A stretch of 64,000 nt of DNA. It comes from Squalus acanthias. Taxonomy: Eukaryota. This document shows, piece by piece, positions 62,431-64,000 of the stretch. The first letter of the stretch is position 1. Each line of letters opens with the position of its first letter. The notes below the pieces were generated by a model, which did not search any database, had not been told where the DNA came from, and was given only the letters and a program-made list of their open reading frames with translations. The position numbers were made by a program, and so were the translations under genes. Location: positions 144,028,001 to 144,092,000 of the forward strand of contig CM059432.1 of the NCBI GenBank assembly GCA_030390025.1, read 5' to 3'.

Positions 62431-62974
62431 AGTTTGAAACTGATCTTTTACTGAGTCTGGACCTCGCTGGTTAGTGATTCATTAACAACATGGCTCCAGT
62501 TTACTCCAATGATGTGAACATGAATGGGCCTCTGATTTCCCATCATAAACAGTTACCTTTTGCTGTTTTTGGAAAAAAGTTAAGTGTTTTCAAATATTTT
62601 TACTCCTGGAATAACAACCTGTCCAGACACACCAGTTACACGTACTTCCTTTCCTGAGTTTTAAATAGAGTTTCAGTGTTAGTTCTACCAAACTTAAACT
62701 TCCTCATTAGCTATCACGTGGGACTGGGGCTGGTGAAATGGGGAAGCTATGAAGCGGATCCATTTAAAAAAATATCTATATATATTTACCTTTTGCCCAC
62801 ACTGTTTCAGTTACCACCTCTACCTTCTTTCTGGCCCCGACCCACGGAGACGAGCCTCTCTCCATGTTCCTTGCTAATTGCCTGCAGCGTATGGCCGTAA
62901 CCCCATGTGACACATCTCCCATCCTTTACCTCTCCGGCCTCTCCCCTCCTCTTAAAGTTGACAAAGTAAAAGAA

Positions 62975-63419
62975 AACGATTTGCATTTCTATAGCGCCTT
63001 TCACGACCCCAGGAAGTCCCAAAGCGCTTTACAGCCAATGAAGTACTTTTTGAAGTGTAGTCACTGTTGTAATGTCGGAAACGCAGCAGCCAATTTGCAC
63101 ACAGCAAGCTCCCACAAACAGCAATGTGATAATGACCAGATCATCTGTTGCAGTGATGTTGATTGAGGAATAAATATTGGCCACAGGACACCAGAGAGAA
63201 CTCCCCTGCTCTTTTTCAAATAATGTCATGGGATCTTTTACATCCACCTGAGAGATCAGACGTAGCCTTGGTTTAACGTCTCATCTGAAAGACGGCACCT
63301 CCGACAGTGCAGCACTGGAGTGTCAGCCTAGATTTTATGCTCATGTCCCTGCAGTGGGACTCGAACCCACAACCTTCTGACCTAGAGGTGAGAGTGCTGC
63401 CCACTGAGCCACGGCTGAC
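62975..63419 (-). mobile_element. Near full-length DeuSINE
   Basis: Reverse complement of 26654-27113. Confidence 0.85.
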
Positions 63420-63647
63420 ATTCAGTCAGTTGGCAGTTCTGCAGGTGTGTGAGCCGCGACAGTGAGCATCACAGGCTGTTAGAACCTGGGGGGCCTAACG
63501 GCCAAGTCCAATCTTTTATCCTCACCTAACCTTTGTTACCCGTAACTCCTGCTGTCATCAGGAGTGGCTGATTTTGTTTTCTCTTCCCGTAGCCCAAAGA
63601 TGTCAGGCTCTGCAGAGGCCGCACTCCTGTACCGTCCGCAGCACAGA

Positions 63648-64000
63648 GCTTCTTCTTCTCAAGCAGTCCCTCGGAACCGAGGGTGATTTGCTTCCACATT
63701 AAAAATGAGTTCTCAGGTGACTGATGAGTCCAATGTGGGACCTACAGTCTCTGTCACAGGTGGGGCAGACGGTGGTTGAAGGGGCGGGTGGGTGGGGTGC
63801 TTGGGTTGACGTGCGCTCCTTCCGCTGTTTGCGCTTGGCTTCCGCTTGCTCCCGGCGAAGAGACTCGAGGTGTTCGGCGCCTTCCCGGATGCTTCTCCTC
63901 CACTTTGTGCGGTCTTGGGCCAGGGATTCCCAGGTGTCAGTGGGGATGTTGCACTTTTTCAAGGAGGCTTTGAGGGTGTCCTTGAAGTGTTTCCTCTGCC
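63648..64000 (-). mobile_element. RTE-clade LINE 3' end (runs off the window)
   Basis: Nearly identical to 51190-51540; C-terminal CPTCDRDCRSHIGLISHLRTH. Confidence 0.9.

Overview
Repeat-dense vertebrate genomic DNA, most likely from a cartilaginous fish (shark/ray). That assignment is inferred from an HE1/V-SINE, SacSINE1-like DeuSINEs and HER1-like CR1 LINEs. I could not recognise any host protein-coding gene, only weak minus-strand exon candidates. The window holds: one apparently full-length but disrupted CR1 LINE (about 940-7590, minus) whose 5' end is a ~20-copy 54-bp monomer array; many CR1, L2, RTE and Tx1 fragments; three SINE families, each sharing a 3' tail with a co-resident LINE family; PIF/Harbinger-type MITEs and a Harbinger relic; six large strand-asymmetric G/C-rich minisatellites; several fold-back inverted duplications; and two Penelope-like (PLE) families. 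Both PLE families carry minimal type-I hammerhead ribozyme motifs with fully covarying stems, including a TSD-flanked ~190-bp hairpin copy. The very long ORFs in the track all come from tandem repeats and are artefacts. All coordinates were read by eye, and fragment boundaries are approximate.
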